Shown piece after piece: positions 63,577 through 64,000 of a stretch of DNA of 64,000 nucleotides. The stretch's first letter is position 1; every line of letters starts with the position of its first letter. Below the pieces are notes generated by a model that did not search any database, was not told the origin of the DNA, and worked only from the letters and a program-made list of their open reading frames with translations. The stretch comes from Orbicella franksi (Eukaryota), in assembly GCA_964199315.1 (NCBI GenBank), contig OZ116701.1, positions 7,006,001 to 7,070,000 on the forward strand, read 5' to 3'. The translations under genes and the position numbers were made by a program.

Positions 63577-64000
63577 CTGGGCCGAGTCGTTCAAAGCCTG
63601 TTTAAATTAACCCAGGATTAGCAAGCATTTTGCTTTCAGTTTTCTACTTTTTCTGTGAGGTTTTCTGTTTATGAGATATTGTCCGTCCTTCAGTTTTGAG
63701 CTTGAGTAAGCTCAAACTACACAAAACGTAAGAAGTGACAAACGTTTTGATAACATTTTACTTCGAATAACTTTTAATCCTAAACCTGTTGTAAAGTTGA
63801 AGATTAACTTGAACTTTACGCATTGATTCTGCCATTGCTGACAGAGCTTCAACACTACGTCGGAATGTTCATGTCAAAGTTAAGATAACTTCTCTTCCTA
63901 GTTACTCGTCCCTTCTTTTTGCGATATGTCACTTCTTCTCTTAGAACATTTGAAAATCAAGTAGTTGTAGTTTATCGTAATCTATTTCCCAAGTCCTTCC

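Overview
Eukaryotic, intron-rich, AT-rich genomic DNA from a marine invertebrate, most plausibly a cnidarian such as a stony coral (inferred from the repeat families and gene architecture). Five conserved host genes were assembled by hand from GT-AG splice sites: a 4-TM MARVEL-domain protein (-), a BTB-BACK-6xKelch protein (-), RTF1 (-), ZFYVE1/DFCP1 (+, head-to-head with RTF1) and a GALNT14/16-like GalNAc-transferase (+, runs off the right end). The first 12 kb is accessory DNA. It holds an orphan spliced gene with a second orphan ORF (0.5-3 kb) and a 6.4 kb Academ (AcademX-type) DNA transposon whose spliced transposase/XPG-nuclease/Cys-rich ORF carries three lesions. Introns and intergenic DNA hold many MITEs, tRNA-derived SINEs and palindromic elements. 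The best leads are the orphan 0.5-3 kb unit, four hAT-like CAGGGCT-ended elements with 5-bp rather than 8-bp target duplications, a 46-bp copy of an RTF1 exon inside a ZFYVE1 intron, and a ZFYVE1 apparently lacking its N-terminal zinc-binding region. No database searches were possible; family assignments rest on recognised motifs.
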